Assembly: GCA_016935365.1 (NCBI GenBank)
Contig: JAFGRB010000013.1
Coordinates: 15,990 to 79,989, forward strand
Length of the DNA stretch: 64,000 nucleotides
Source of the DNA: Deltaproteobacteria bacterium
GTDB taxonomy: Bacteria > Myxococcota > B64-G9
Direction of reading: 5' to 3'
This document shows positions 27,238-37,358 of this stretch, one piece after another. Each line of letters starts with the position of its first letter. The first letter of the stretch is position 1. The notes below the pieces were generated by a model. It was not told the origin of the DNA and did not search any database. It was given only the letters and a program-made list of their open reading frames with translations. A program made the position numbers and the translations under genes.

Positions 27238-27506
27238 TACTCCAGGTAGAACTCGGCGCCGATCATCTTCTGGCGGTCGAAGCCTCGCCGCTCGTCGTCG
27301 AGCTTGACCGAGCTGACTCGATCCAACGGGATGAGCAGGTAGCGCAGGCGACCTTTGAGATACAGCACCTCGTCGTCCGCGCCGAGGAGCTGGCCGTGGT
27401 AAGTCAGATTGTGCGCCACGACCGTCACCTGCCGGAAGCGCATCTCGTCGAATGAGAACGCGGGGGGCAGATCCGGGACTTCTCGATCTGGGTGCCTCCT
27501 CTTCAC
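27237..27506 (-). CDS. Small hypothetical protein, Sm/LSm-like fold suspected
   Basis: VTVVAHNLTYHGQLLGADDEVLYLKG...LLIPLDRVSSV pattern. Start uncertain (GTG 27506 or ATG 27443). Confidence 0.6.
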   Translation of the reverse strand: MKRRHPDREVPDLPPAFSFDEMRFRQVTVVAHNLTYHGQLLGADDEVLYLKGRLRYLLIPLDRVSSVKLDDERRGFDRQKMIGAEFYLE

Positions 27507-27514
27507 CGCGCCCC

Positions 27515-27991
27515 TCAATCCTTGCGCCTCTTGCGGCGTCGACCCAGAGGGCGGGAGGTGTACTGGGTCTGGGCGCGGCGCTCTGGCGAGGAGCCCGACA
27601 TCTTCTTGACCTCGACAGTCGGCCGGTTGCGCTTGCCGATGCGCAGCGCGGAGGGCACCTCCTGGCTCAGCTTGTGAACGTAATCCTCGAAGCGCTTGCG
27701 CACCTTCTCCCCGAGCTCTTCGAACTGGATTCCCATGCCCGAGGGCGACTCGTCCTCGTCCTCGCGCTTGATCCACTTGACGACTCCACTCACGTCGAAA
27801 AGCACAGGCACCTGGGGCAGGGAGAAGATCAACCTGACATTCGATCCCACCGGCAGCGGGTTCTCGGTATGGATGAAGACGCCCCCGGGTGAGAAGTTGG
27901 TTGCATAGTCCGACAGGAAGCTGCCCACCGTTCGGTACTGGACCTTGATCTCGGTCGGCGCGCGGTCTTCTCTGCGTTGCTCCCTGGCCAT
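27515..27991 (-). CDS. PilZ domain protein (TIGR02266-like)
   Basis: RREDR and NFSPGGVFI c-di-GMP motifs; GMGIQF. Confidence 0.9.
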   Translation of the reverse strand: MAREQRREDRAPTEIKVQYRTVGSFLSDYATNFSPGGVFIHTENPLPVGSNVRLIFSLPQVPVLFDVSGVVKWIKREDEDESPSGMGIQFEELGEKVRKRFEDYVHKLSQEVPSALRIGKRNRPTVEVKKMSGSSPERRAQTQYTSRPLGRRRKRRKD

Positions 27992-28047
27992 GAGACAAGC
28001 CTACTCCAAGAGCCAACCGCAGTCCAACTCGGATGATGCCCGAAACC

Positions 28048-29826
28048 TCAACGGAAGTAGCGAAAAGGATTGCCCAGCAGGAGCAGGCCCCGCTCTCCGC
28101 CCACCAGACAGCGAGCGCTGCTCCAGCAGGCCAGACAGGTGACCGACGACAGCGTACCCAGGTCCACTCGTCTCCAGCGATCGCCGCCGTCGTTGGTCAA
28201 GAACAAAGCGCCGCCACTGGTGCTGGCCAGCCCGCGCAGCCTGCCCGAGAAGCTCAGCTCGTAGACCGGCTCGGCCGTCCCGAGAGGCTTCGGGACCCAG
28301 CTCTTGCCCCCGTCGATCGTGTACATGACCAACCCCTCGTTGCCGGCCACCCAGCCGAGCTTCCGATCGGCGAAGTGCAGCGTCCACAGGCTGCCGCGCC
28401 CCGATAGCCGCGACTGCCAGGTCCGTCCGCCGTCGGAGGTCGAGAAGACGGCCTGGTGATCGCCGACGCAGAAGCCGTGCTGGGGGTCGAGGAACTGGAC
28501 GCGGTTCAGATCGCGGTTGAAGCCGGGTATCCGGGACTGGGTCCAGCTCTTGCCACCGTCGACCGAATGGATCACGGCCCCGCTGCTGCCGACCAGCCAG
28601 ACCCGCATGGCGTCGAGGCAGAAGACGTCCCGCAACGCGACGCCGTCCCAGCGGCCCATCGCCTGGAAGCTACGCCCTCCGTCGCGGGTGCCGAGAACCT
28701 CGTGCAGACCGGCGAGCGCGAAGCCGCGACCCGTATCCGCGAACGAGAGCCGCCTGAGCGCCTGCCCGACCCCCCGGATGGACTCCCAGCTCCGGCCGCC
28801 ATCGCGCGAGCGATCGCAACGGCCCTGCATGTCGCAGCGCAGCGCATCCTTGCGCCCGAGCGCCACGATATCGGTCCAGCTCGGCCGCACCTCGCCCACG
28901 GAAGAGAACACGACCTGACCGTCCTGCAGGCCCAGCTCGCCACGCGCGCCGCTGTGGCCCACGACCAGCGCGCCGTCCCTCCAGGGAGCCAGGTCCCGCC
29001 AGATCTGATCGGGCGGTGCGCGCAACCAGGCAGCGTTGCCGCTCTCCACCTCGACCAGCAGCAGATAGCCCGGTATGCCGAAGAGCACGAAGCGACCGGC
29101 GAAGGTGCGATCCGCCGGCCGGAGGCAGTACTCCTGCCAGCCCTCTGGCGCGCCCCGATCGACTCCTGCGGGCAGCTGTCCTCGCGCGCCGTCCCGGGAC
29201 CAGGCCACGGCTCCCTTGCAACCGGCCACGATCGCGCTCTTGTCCGATGCCGCCACCCCCAGGGCCCGATGCTCGAGCCGCAGCGCCTTCTCGTATCCGC
29301 CCCGGGCCCCCCCCACGAAGAGCGTCCCATCCGCGCGCAGCGCGTACACGCGCTGCGACTCACCCTGCCCGCAGACCGCCAGATCGAGCACCGCACCGCC
29401 GATCTCCAGGCCGCGCTTCTGGATCTCGCCGTCGACGCGCTGCCAGATCGTCCCTGTCCGGGTTCCGAGCCACAGCCCGCCATCCGCAGCCAGGCGCATT
29501 GCGCTGACCGGCTCTCCCGACGGCAAGCGCGAGCTGGAGAAGCTGCGGCCACCGTCCCGGGTGAGCCACAGGCCGCCTCGACGGTCCAGACCCCAGCCCC
29601 GAAGCGAGCCCGCCAGGCGGATCGCGTTGATCCCGTGGGAGGCCAGACGGGCGCGAGGGCGCAGGCTGCGGCCCGCGTCCTGGCTGGAGAAGAGACCGCC
29701 TGCCCCGTCGAGCAGCAAGCACTGATCCCGGGAGCAGCTGATCGAGAGGAAATCGTCGGGATGCACGCCCGGCTCCACCGGCACCAGGGGTGCGGCCGCG
29801 AGCAAGGCCAAGCAGAAGAGCCACAT
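28048..29826 (-). CDS. Secreted YCF48/BNR-repeat beta-propeller protein
   Basis: Signal peptide; repeated T/SxDGGxxW Asp-box motifs. Confidence 0.85.
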   Translation of the reverse strand: MWLFCLALLAAAPLVPVEPGVHPDDFLSISCSRDQCLLLDGAGGLFSSQDAGRSLRPRARLASHGINAIRLAGSLRGWGLDRRGGLWLTRDGGRSFSSSRLPSGEPVSAMRLAADGGLWLGTRTGTIWQRVDGEIQKRGLEIGGAVLDLAVCGQGESQRVYALRADGTLFVGGARGGYEKALRLEHRALGVAASDKSAIVAGCKGAVAWSRDGARGQLPAGVDRGAPEGWQEYCLRPADRTFAGRFVLFGIPGYLLLVEVESGNAAWLRAPPDQIWRDLAPWRDGALVVGHSGARGELGLQDGQVVFSSVGEVRPSWTDIVALGRKDALRCDMQGRCDRSRDGGRSWESIRGVGQALRRLSFADTGRGFALAGLHEVLGTRDGGRSFQAMGRWDGVALRDVFCLDAMRVWLVGSSGAVIHSVDGGKSWTQSRIPGFNRDLNRVQFLDPQHGFCVGDHQAVFSTSDGGRTWQSRLSGRGSLWTLHFADRKLGWVAGNEGLVMYTIDGGKSWVPKPLGTAEPVYELSFSGRLRGLASTSGGALFLTNDGGDRWRRVDLGTLSSVTCLACWSSARCLVGGERGLLLLGNPFRYFR

Positions 29827-29831
29827 TGCGA

Positions 29832-30515
29832 TCACCTCGGCTTGCCTTTCGCCGCGCCGAGCGGCGGTGCGCTCCCCTTGAGCATCAGGGTCAAGCCGCG
29901 GATCTTGCGCCGGATCAGCATCGCGTCGTTCGCCCTGGGTGACTGGGCCAGGTAGGCCTCGAGCTCCGCGATGGCCTTGTCGAGCTCGCCTTTTTGATGA
30001 AAGGCGTCCGCCAGAGACTTGTGAAGATCGCCCGAGAAGTTCGCAGCCAGCTCCGAGGCCAGCGCCGTGCGGTAGTCCTCGATGGCCTTGTCGATCAGCT
30101 GGGTATCGCGCTTGCCCACGCTCAGGTGCTGGTAAACCTTGCCCCGGTTGTAGGTGGCCGCCGGGTAGTCCGGCCTGAGCTCGATGGCCTTGTTCAGGTG
30201 CTTGAGAGCCGTCTCCCACTGGCCCCGCTCGAGGTAGCAGTGGCCCAGCATGTTGTAGGCCACGGCGAAGTCGGGCTTGAGCTCGATGGCCCGCTTGAAC
30301 TCCTCGATGGCCTTGGAGAGCAGCTCGGCCCGCTTGACCCGGTCGGTGCTGTGCAGCCGGCGGCTGAGCAGGTGCTCGCCGCGCTCGCGGGCGAGCGCCG
30401 CGTCGTCGCGAACGTAGACCATCTCGCCCGAGCCCACGGAGAAGAAGGCCAGAAAGCCCGCGATGCCCGCGAGCACGATCACGACCGCTGCGATGATGGC
30501 TCTGGAGTGCTTCAT
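29832..30515 (-). CDS. Membrane-anchored TPR protein
   Basis: N-terminal TM; AIELKPDFAVAYNMLG and AIELRPDYPAATYNRG TPR units. Confidence 0.85.
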   Translation of the reverse strand: MKHSRAIIAAVVIVLAGIAGFLAFFSVGSGEMVYVRDDAALARERGEHLLSRRLHSTDRVKRAELLSKAIEEFKRAIELKPDFAVAYNMLGHCYLERGQWETALKHLNKAIELRPDYPAATYNRGKVYQHLSVGKRDTQLIDKAIEDYRTALASELAANFSGDLHKSLADAFHQKGELDKAIAELEAYLAQSPRANDAMLIRRKIRGLTLMLKGSAPPLGAAKGKPR

Positions 30516-30567
30516 GTGGCCTGTTGGACGCCGCCTGTCGGCCAGCGGTTCCGGACGAGAACCCGGA

Positions 30568-31281
30568 TCAGATGGGATCAACCGTGAACTTGAGCTTGAC
30601 CTTGATGCGGCCGCTGAGCTGGCCGCCCGGGATGGTGCGGGTCTGGTCCGTGTCGACGGTGACCCCTGCCTTGCCCAGCATGGAGAACTTGAGCCCCGGG
30701 ATGATGTGGCTGCTCATCAGGTCGCGGCCGTCGCTCGTGAACTGGAGATCGCCCGGTGCGGTGCTGCCCGCCTGGATGCTGTCGAGCCGGGCGATGTAGT
30801 CCGCGCTGTCGCCGAGGGTCTGGGTGCCGTGCTGATCCATGTAGATGTCGGCGCTCGGCAGGTCGAAGTTGAGCGTGTTCGCGTCGAGCTCGTACTTGAT
30901 GTACTCGGGGTAGACGCTCTTGACCTTGCCGGCTGCCACGTAGTCCCTGAGGTCCGGCTCGTTCGACAGGTCGACCTGCTGGGCCGGAAGCTCGATCTCG
31001 AAGGTCTCGTTGATCCGCGGCACGTCGACGCAGACGCCCCCGTCACACACCTGGGCCGGGATCTCGGTCTGGCCCGTGAGATCGATCTGGTTCAGCGGCG
31101 GCCCCTGGCTGGCCAGGAACTGCTGGAGCTGGGTGCGCGCCTGGTTCGCGTCCAGGCTGAAGTCGAAGCTCTGCTCGGGCAGGCTGATGCTGATGCCCGA
31201 GGTGGCGTCCAGCAGGCCGCAGCCCGCGGCCACGGCCAGCAAGGCGAGGCCCACGGCTGCAAGAATCAACATCTTTTTCAT
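30568..31281 (-). CDS. Hypothetical lipoprotein
   Basis: MKK...VAAGC lipobox; GGAGG SD. Confidence 0.85.
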   Translation of the reverse strand: MKKMLILAAVGLALLAVAAGCGLLDATSGISISLPEQSFDFSLDANQARTQLQQFLASQGPPLNQIDLTGQTEIPAQVCDGGVCVDVPRINETFEIELPAQQVDLSNEPDLRDYVAAGKVKSVYPEYIKYELDANTLNFDLPSADIYMDQHGTQTLGDSADYIARLDSIQAGSTAPGDLQFTSDGRDLMSSHIIPGLKFSMLGKAGVTVDTDQTRTIPGGQLSGRIKVKLKFTVDPI

Positions 31282-31350
31282 CGATTTCCTCCACTTGGAT
31301 TGGGAGTCAAGGCCACGTCTCCTCCCGGGAGGACGCGCCCCGGCCGCATC

Positions 31351-31380
31351 ATACTAACGGGTTTGGCGCGCTGCTGTCAA
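31351..31380 (-). promoter_or_regulatory. Sigma70-like promoter TTGACA-18-TAGTAT
   Basis: About 70 bp upstream of the 31281 start. Confidence 0.45.
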
Positions 31381-31417
31381 CGCGTTCTCAGGCTGCCGAA
31401 TCGGCTCCGGATGGCGA

Positions 31418-32620
31418 TTACCACACCAGGCCATCACAGTCGAACGAGTCCGATCGGAGGTTCGCATCGGCCCCGCTGGCGACGGTAAGCTCGGTGATGC
31501 GAACGCTGGCGCGCTGGCCCGGGTCGAAACCGAGGTGCGCGACCATGCCGATCACGATGCGCGCGCAACCATCGGAGTATGGGTAAGACACCGACTGGCT
31601 GGCGCCGCCATCATCGGTCGCGGTCACGGTGAGCGTGTGGAAGCCCTGCTGGGCGACGCACTGGACACGAAGGTTCCCTCTCGGAACCGAGCTGCCAGGG
31701 ACTCCATAGGCGCTGAATCCGGGGACCAGATCGCCGGATTCCTGCTCGATGAGCCCCACCCCGACATCGAGACCCCCCTCGTTCAGCACACCGGTGCCAT
31801 AGTGCCGCTGAGTCCAGTCCTCGTTGCTGGCACCGAAGAAGACATAGATAGAAGGCCCATCCGCCGGAACGGCCGAGAGGTCTTCATAGCGCAGCTCGAC
31901 ATCGAACTCGGGCTGTGGATTCTCCAGCGCCATGGCGATCTCCGGTACCTCCTCGTCGATCTCGAGCAGCAGATCGCCATCGCTTACCGACACCCCCTCG
32001 CCACCGAGGAGCACCAGAAAGCGGGCCCCGTTGCAAGCCTCATCTGCACAGCCAGCACCCACGCCCAGCCATCCCGGATCACAGTCGCACAGGGCCTGCT
32101 GCTCAGAGTCCAAGACGCAGGTGCCGTGGCCGCCGCAGCTCACGCCGACGCACGGCGTCCACTCGCAGATACCCTCGCGGCAGGCCAGCCCGGCATCGCA
32201 CGATCCATCGACTCGGCAAGGCTCATCCTCCGCGCCCCTTTCGGAAGCCGTCTCGCCGGCATAACAGACCTGGCCGTCATAGTCCCAGACGGGCCCCGTA
32301 CCCAGCGCATCCCAGGCAGATGGGAAGTCACAGCCGGAAAACAGAGGCCCGAGGGCCTGGCACTCGTCCATCGACGAGCAAGCAGGCAGGCACGCCGAGT
32401 TCATGCATACACCAAGACCGTCGGCGCAGGGAGCGTTGGTTCCGGATTCACAGCTCTCCGAGCAGAATCCGGACGCGCCATCGCCGGGAATGACCTGCAG
32501 GCAAGTCTCGGAGATGCAATCGGTGTAATCCGTGCAGGGCGCACCGAACGGCTTGCGGGATTTGTCGCCGCACGCGGCGGCAAGCAGCACCATCGAGACA
32601 GCAAGAGCAATGCGAGGCAT
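31418..32620 (-). CDS. Cys-rich/EGF-like lipoprotein
   Basis: LAAAC lipobox; CxGHGxC...CxCDPGW EGF-like unit; AGGAGG SD. Confidence 0.8.
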   Translation of the reverse strand: MPRIALAVSMVLLAAACGDKSRKPFGAPCTDYTDCISETCLQVIPGDGASGFCSESCESGTNAPCADGLGVCMNSACLPACSSMDECQALGPLFSGCDFPSAWDALGTGPVWDYDGQVCYAGETASERGAEDEPCRVDGSCDAGLACREGICEWTPCVGVSCGGHGTCVLDSEQQALCDCDPGWLGVGAGCADEACNGARFLVLLGGEGVSVSDGDLLLEIDEEVPEIAMALENPQPEFDVELRYEDLSAVPADGPSIYVFFGASNEDWTQRHYGTGVLNEGGLDVGVGLIEQESGDLVPGFSAYGVPGSSVPRGNLRVQCVAQQGFHTLTVTATDDGGASQSVSYPYSDGCARIVIGMVAHLGFDPGQRASVRITELTVASGADANLRSDSFDCDGLVW

Positions 32621-32696
32621 GGGGACACCTCCTGAAGAGATCCAGACGAACTCGGGAATGCTACTCTCGTGCCCGCACGGGCGTCAAATCTTCGGG

Positions 32697-34598
32697 CTAC
32701 CGCACGAGCGAGATCTGCACGAGGTCGTAGGTGTCCCCGACCACCGCGCGCTCTCCTTCCGCGGCGATGCGGGTCGCGTAGCCCGGCGTGTCCACATCGG
32801 CCACCAGGCTCGGCTGGCTCGGCTCGGAGACGTCCAGGACGTGCACGAAGGGCCCGGCGGCCGCGAAGGCGAGATCTCCGCTTACCGCCACCTCGTAGAC
32901 GCCCTCGGCCGTCCACGGGACGTAGCTGCCCACCCGCTCCGGAGCGGACGGCGTCTGGACGTCGATCACGGCCAGGCCCTCCGTGCCGCAGGCCGCGTAG
33001 GCGATGCCCTCACTCAAGGCCACCCGGGGCTCGCTGGCCTTGCCGGGCAGATCGATCTGGCCCGCCAGGGCGGGCCGGGCGGGATCGGCGAGATCGATGA
33101 CCCTGAGCGATATCGCCGTGCTGCCCGAGACGACCAGGCCCAGCTCGCCCTGGACCGCCGCGCTCCTGGCATCCAGGGATCCCAGCTCGAGCGTGCCCAT
33201 CAGCGCGGGCCGCGCCGGTGTGGAGAGGTCGACGGTCAAGATCCGATCCTGGCCCGCCAGCAAGGCCAGGCTGCCTGCGAGCGCGATGGTGCGCATCTCG
33301 CCCAGATCCTCGCGCATCGCCTCGATGCGCGGCCCGGCCGGATCGTCGAGATCGACGACCGTCAGACCGGGATGGGCGGCCACGTAGGCGTGAGAGGCGT
33401 CCTGGGCCACCTGCCCGATGTAGGGGTGGCCGATGTTCACCACGCCCAGGAGGTTCAGGTCGGCCGCGTCCAGCAGGTGGAGCTCGTGAAGCTTGCCCGC
33501 GCTCAGCGCCGCCACCCGGCCGCCCATCACGTCCAGCGACTGGATGAAGCGGCCCGCCGGGATCTGGATCGTCTCCGTGAGCACCGGATCGAGCGGATCG
33601 CCGATGTCGAACTCGAGCACCCCGTCCTCGGTGCTGGCGAGCAGCCTGCCCGCCTCGATCACGAGACCCCGGACCCAGGACACGGGCATGGACACCCGGC
33701 CGATCTCCTGGGGCTCGGAGGGCACCGACAGGTCGAGGATCCGGACTCGGCTCTCGGTCTCGACCAGGTAGAGGTATTGTCCGTGCACGACCAGGCCCCA
33801 GCCGTCCTGGGGCATCACCACGGCGTGGCCCTCGCAGGCCGGATCGTGGCCCACGGAGCCGAACTGGATGGAGCCGAGCTCCACCGGCGCGCTCGGATCG
33901 CTGACGTCCATCACCCGCAAGACCTGGCGGGTGTCGAGCGTGCAGACCTCTGGCGGATCGTCCGGCGAGCGCAGCGGGCCGAAGGTGAGCACGCGCTGGC
34001 CCCAGAAAGCCGCCTCGGCAGTATAGCCGGGCAGCTCGCCCAGCGCGACCGGCGATGCGGGCTCGGACAGGTCGAAGAGCCGCGGGGCTGCGCGGCTCGA
34101 GCAGGCGACCAGCAGGTCGCCGCTGAGCGTCACCCCGCGGGCCTCGCCGTCGAGCGGCAGGCTGGCGATGATCTCGATCGCGGACGGGTCCGAGACGTCG
34201 AGGATCGCGATGCCGTGCCGGCCGTCCGCCAGCGCGGCCCGATCGCCATCGACCGCAACCCTCCAGGCCTCGCCGGGCGTGGGGTAGCGGCCCAGCAGGG
34301 CCGGGCTCGCCGGATCGCTCCGGTCGTAGACCTGAAGCCCGTACATGTTCGCCGTGAAGAGCCGGGATCCGGCTGCGGCGATGTCGCGCGCCTCGCCCGT
34401 GGGCCAGTCCGCGCAGACCTTCCAGCTCGGCTCGGGCTGCGAGTCGCCTGCCCCGTCGAGCGGGCCCCCGTCCTGGGAGCCCGCGTCCTGCGAGCCGTCC
34501 GACAGGCCCGCGTCGGGCAGCCCATCCGCCGGGCCGGAAGCGCAAGACCCGCACAGGCTCACCCCCGCGAGCAAGACCACCATCCAGGCATGCCTCAT
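32697..34598 (-). CDS. LVIVD-repeat beta-propeller lipoprotein
   Basis: Repeated GL/I(A)V(I/L)DVSDPxxP units; DAG/DGG linker; AGGAG SD before ATG 34598. Confidence 0.85.
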   Translation of the reverse strand: MRHAWMVVLLAGVSLCGSCASGPADGLPDAGLSDGSQDAGSQDGGPLDGAGDSQPEPSWKVCADWPTGEARDIAAAGSRLFTANMYGLQVYDRSDPASPALLGRYPTPGEAWRVAVDGDRAALADGRHGIAILDVSDPSAIEIIASLPLDGEARGVTLSGDLLVACSSRAAPRLFDLSEPASPVALGELPGYTAEAAFWGQRVLTFGPLRSPDDPPEVCTLDTRQVLRVMDVSDPSAPVELGSIQFGSVGHDPACEGHAVVMPQDGWGLVVHGQYLYLVETESRVRILDLSVPSEPQEIGRVSMPVSWVRGLVIEAGRLLASTEDGVLEFDIGDPLDPVLTETIQIPAGRFIQSLDVMGGRVAALSAGKLHELHLLDAADLNLLGVVNIGHPYIGQVAQDASHAYVAAHPGLTVVDLDDPAGPRIEAMREDLGEMRTIALAGSLALLAGQDRILTVDLSTPARPALMGTLELGSLDARSAAVQGELGLVVSGSTAISLRVIDLADPARPALAGQIDLPGKASEPRVALSEGIAYAACGTEGLAVIDVQTPSAPERVGSYVPWTAEGVYEVAVSGDLAFAAAGPFVHVLDVSEPSQPSLVADVDTPGYATRIAAEGERAVVGDTYDLVQISLVR

Positions 34599-34824
34599 GC
34601 TGGCTCCTCCTCGGCCCCGCAGACCATGCAAGCCATGCGCCAGCATCTCTACGCTCTACCAATACAGATTTGAAGCACTTTCCATGGTCGCCCGTCCCGG
34701 ACAGCATCAGATTTCCGCGGAAGTCGGAAAATACTGACCAGGCAAGGGGGGATAAATGCCACCAGGCAGGCTGGCGTTATCCGCCCGGTTGTGCACATAC
34801 TCGACCTATGAGAGAGGTCCTTGC

Positions 34825-35295
34825 TTGAAGCGATTGCTCGTATATGCCGACGCCTCCGTCATCGGTGGGTGCGAGGATCTGGAATTCCAGGCAGCCAGCA
34901 ACGCGCTCTGGAACCTCTTTGTCGAAGGACGACATCTTCTTGCGCTCTCGGTCCATACGCTCCGCGAGTTGCAGGGAGCACCGGAATCCGTGAGAAGTCA
35001 CCTCCTCTTGGTGCCTGAGGAGCATCAGATCTTGTTTTCAGACAGCCGAGAATCATTCGAGCTCGCCGATGCGTATCTTCACCGCGGTGTTCTTGGACCG
35101 GGTTCGAGAGCAGATGCGCTTCACGTCGCCCTTGCGACCACGGGCGGCGCAGACGTGATCGTGAGCTGGAACTACAAGCATATCGTGAACCTCAGGCGAA
35201 TCCGCCTGTTCAATTCCGTGAACCTGGAATGGGGATACAACCCGGTCGAGATACGCACCCCCCAGGAGGTACTCCAGTATGACGAGGCGATTTGA
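34825..35295 (+). CDS. PIN-domain toxin
   Basis: VYADASVIGG...DALHVALAT..DVIVSWNYKHIVN. Confidence 0.85.
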   Translation: MKRLLVYADASVIGGCEDLEFQAASNALWNLFVEGRHLLALSVHTLRELQGAPESVRSHLLLVPEEHQILFSDSRESFELADAYLHRGVLGPGSRADALHVALATTGGADVIVSWNYKHIVNLRRIRLFNSVNLEWGYNPVEIRTPQEVLQYDEAI

Positions 35296-35479
35296 TGCTG
35301 TCGAGTGGATGAGAAATAGACGCCGAGAGATCGACGAAGAGGATGAGGGATTGTCTTGGGAGGAGAAGAGGGACAAGACGATCGAGCTGATCCGGGCTGA
35401 TCCACTCTGGAAGCGCCTACAGCTACACGCAGCATCCTCGCGGAGTCATGCAATCGAATCCGAAGACACGGCTATCTGA
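35279..35479 (+). CDS. Small putative antitoxin downstream of PIN toxin
   Basis: FDAVEWMRNRRREI motif; overlaps the PIN gene; AGGAGG SD. Confidence 0.65.
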   Translation: MTRRFDAVEWMRNRRREIDEEDEGLSWEEKRDKTIELIRADPLWKRLQLHAASSRSHAIESEDTAI

Positions 35480-35529
35480 GTTGCGCGCCGCGGTCGCCCC
35501 TGTATGAGATTCGAGATGCCACTCGGCGC

Positions 35530-36552
35530 TCAGCGGCTCCCGAGTGCGCGCACGGCCTGCTCGGCCAGAGTATAGGGGTCGCTGGAGCGATCGAGCATGC
35601 GGTCGACGATCTGCTGCAGGTGATCCTCGTGCATCAGGTACGACCAGCCCCGGGCGAACAGCGCCCGCCGGTAGATCTCGAGGAACTCCTGGCGCAGCCT
35701 GGCGCGGATGAACTCGGGGGCCTGGCAGGCCTTCGCATAGACCTCCGCGTGCGCGTCGATGGCGGCGACGAGCTCGTCGATGCCCTCGTTGCGGCTGGCC
35801 ACGGTCTTGACGATCTCCGGCACCCACTCGTCCGGCGAAGCGCGATCGGCCTGCTCGAGATCGGAGGCCTTGAGCCCCCCGTGGTGCATCAGCTCGCCCA
35901 GGCTGGGCCGGCCGCCCTTGCCCATCTCGAGCATCTGCTCGAGCTCGCGCACGGTGCGGTCGGCGCCCTCCCGGTCGGCCTTGTTGACCACGAAGACGTC
36001 GGCGATCTCGAGGATGCCCGCCTTGATGGCCTGGACCTCGTCGCCCATGCCCGGCGTGAGCACCACCAGGGTGGTCTGCGCCAGGCGCTGGACCTCGACC
36101 TCGTCCTGGCCCACGCCCACGGTCTCGACCAGGATGACCTCCCAGCCCATCGCATCCAGCGCGTGGACCACGTCCGTGGTCGTGTGGGTCAGCCCGCCGA
36201 GATGTCCCCGGGTGGCGAAGGAGCGGATGAAGACGCCCTCGTCGTTGGCGTGCTCCTGCATGCGGATCCGATCGCCCAGGATGGCCCCGCCGGAGAACGG
36301 GCTGGACGGGTCGACGGCCACCACGGCCACGCTCAGGCCTCGTTCTCGAAAGCGGCCGATCAGTTGATCGGTCAGGGTGCTCTTGCCGGCCCCCGGATTG
36401 CCGGTGATCCCGATGACCCTCGCCCGGCCCGTATGCTGCCAGATGACCTTGAGCACCGCGCGGGCCTCGGCCACGCCGTCGTCGATCCAGCGCAGCAACC
36501 TCGCGCCGCTGCGCACGTCCCGCGCCAGCAGCTTGTCGATCTCGAGCTTCAT
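35530..36552 (-). CDS. meaB: Acyl-CoA mutase-associated GTPase MeaB
   Basis: GNPGAGKST, VDPSSPFSGGAILGDRIRM, ETVGVGQ, NKAD. Confidence 0.95.
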   Translation of the reverse strand: MKLEIDKLLARDVRSGARLLRWIDDGVAEARAVLKVIWQHTGRARVIGITGNPGAGKSTLTDQLIGRFRERGLSVAVVAVDPSSPFSGGAILGDRIRMQEHANDEGVFIRSFATRGHLGGLTHTTTDVVHALDAMGWEVILVETVGVGQDEVEVQRLAQTTLVVLTPGMGDEVQAIKAGILEIADVFVVNKADREGADRTVRELEQMLEMGKGGRPSLGELMHHGGLKASDLEQADRASPDEWVPEIVKTVASRNEGIDELVAAIDAHAEVYAKACQAPEFIRARLRQEFLEIYRRALFARGWSYLMHEDHLQQIVDRMLDRSSDPYTLAEQAVRALGSR

Positions 36553-37358
36553 CCGCGAGTCGCCCTGTCCCGCTCGCGCACCAGCACGCCGAGGAAGGCG
36601 TTGACGGCCGCGATCACCTCGTCCACCTCGCGCTTGCAGTCCTCGAGACGGGCTGCGTCGATGCGCTCCATGTCGACGAGCTGCTCCAGGTGATCCTGGA
36701 TGGCGTATAGCGCACCCCGGCTCTCCAGGGCGCGGCTCACTCCCGAGCGGAAGGTGCCCTCGCCGAAGCCGGTGGCCAGAGAGGCGGTCACGGTCGTGGC
36801 GGCCTGCTTGATGCGTCCTGCCAGGTTGGCCTTCTCGTCCTCCAGCTCGGGGTCGCCCGCCAGCTTGTAGAGGTGGTTTCGAAGAACGCGGCCCAGCTTG
36901 TGGGCCGGGATGTCTCCAAAGCGCAGGTAGCCCGCCAGGCCCGTGCCCGAGCGCGCTGCTGCCCAGAGCCCGTCCTCGTCTCGCGGCGCGGGGGCAGGCT
37001 CTCGCCTCTCGTGGGTCTGGGCGCGATCGGGCTTGCCGTGCTCGCGCCGTTCGGACCGCGTCCTTGCGCCGGAGCCCCAGGTCCCGCCCGATCTGCGCTG
37101 TTCTGGCTTGCGGTCCTCTCGCCTCGAAGCCCGTTTCCCGGAGCCCGAGCGCCAGGCCTTGCCAGGACGGTCGCGTTCGGTCTCGCCGGGCTCGCGCAGC
37201 GACGGTCTCAGCCCGGGACCGGTGCGATGGCCCTCGGCCCCGCTCTCGATCCCCGGCTCGCGGCCCTGGCGCTCCCGGTCCTTGCCGCGCTCGCGCTTGA
37301 CGAACCTCGCGGGCTCGTGGGACGTCCGGGTCCGCTTGCCCTTGCCGCGACCGCTCAC
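36549..37358 (-). CDS. Four-helix-bundle (23S rRNA IVP-like) protein with long basic N-terminal extension
   Basis: The C-terminal ~115 aa match the family pattern (FGDI...[17 protein letters not shown]...SRGAL). GTG start overlaps the upstream TGA; stop overlaps the meaB ATG. Confidence 0.7.
   Translation of the reverse strand: MSGRGKGKRTRTSHEPARFVKRERGKDRERQGREPGIESGAEGHRTGPGLRPSLREPGETERDRPGKAWRSGSGKRASRREDRKPEQRRSGGTWGSGARTRSERREHGKPDRAQTHERREPAPAPRDEDGLWAAARSGTGLAGYLRFGDIPAHKLGRVLRNHLYKLAGDPELEDEKANLAGRIKQAATTVTASLATGFGEGTFRSGVSRALESRGALYAIQDHLEQLVDMERIDAARLEDCKREVDEVIAAVNAFLGVLVRERDRATRG

Noticed and set aside
36549..37358. Diversity-generating retroelement (Avd-like fold)
   Set aside because: No reverse transcriptase or TR/VR pair seen in the window.
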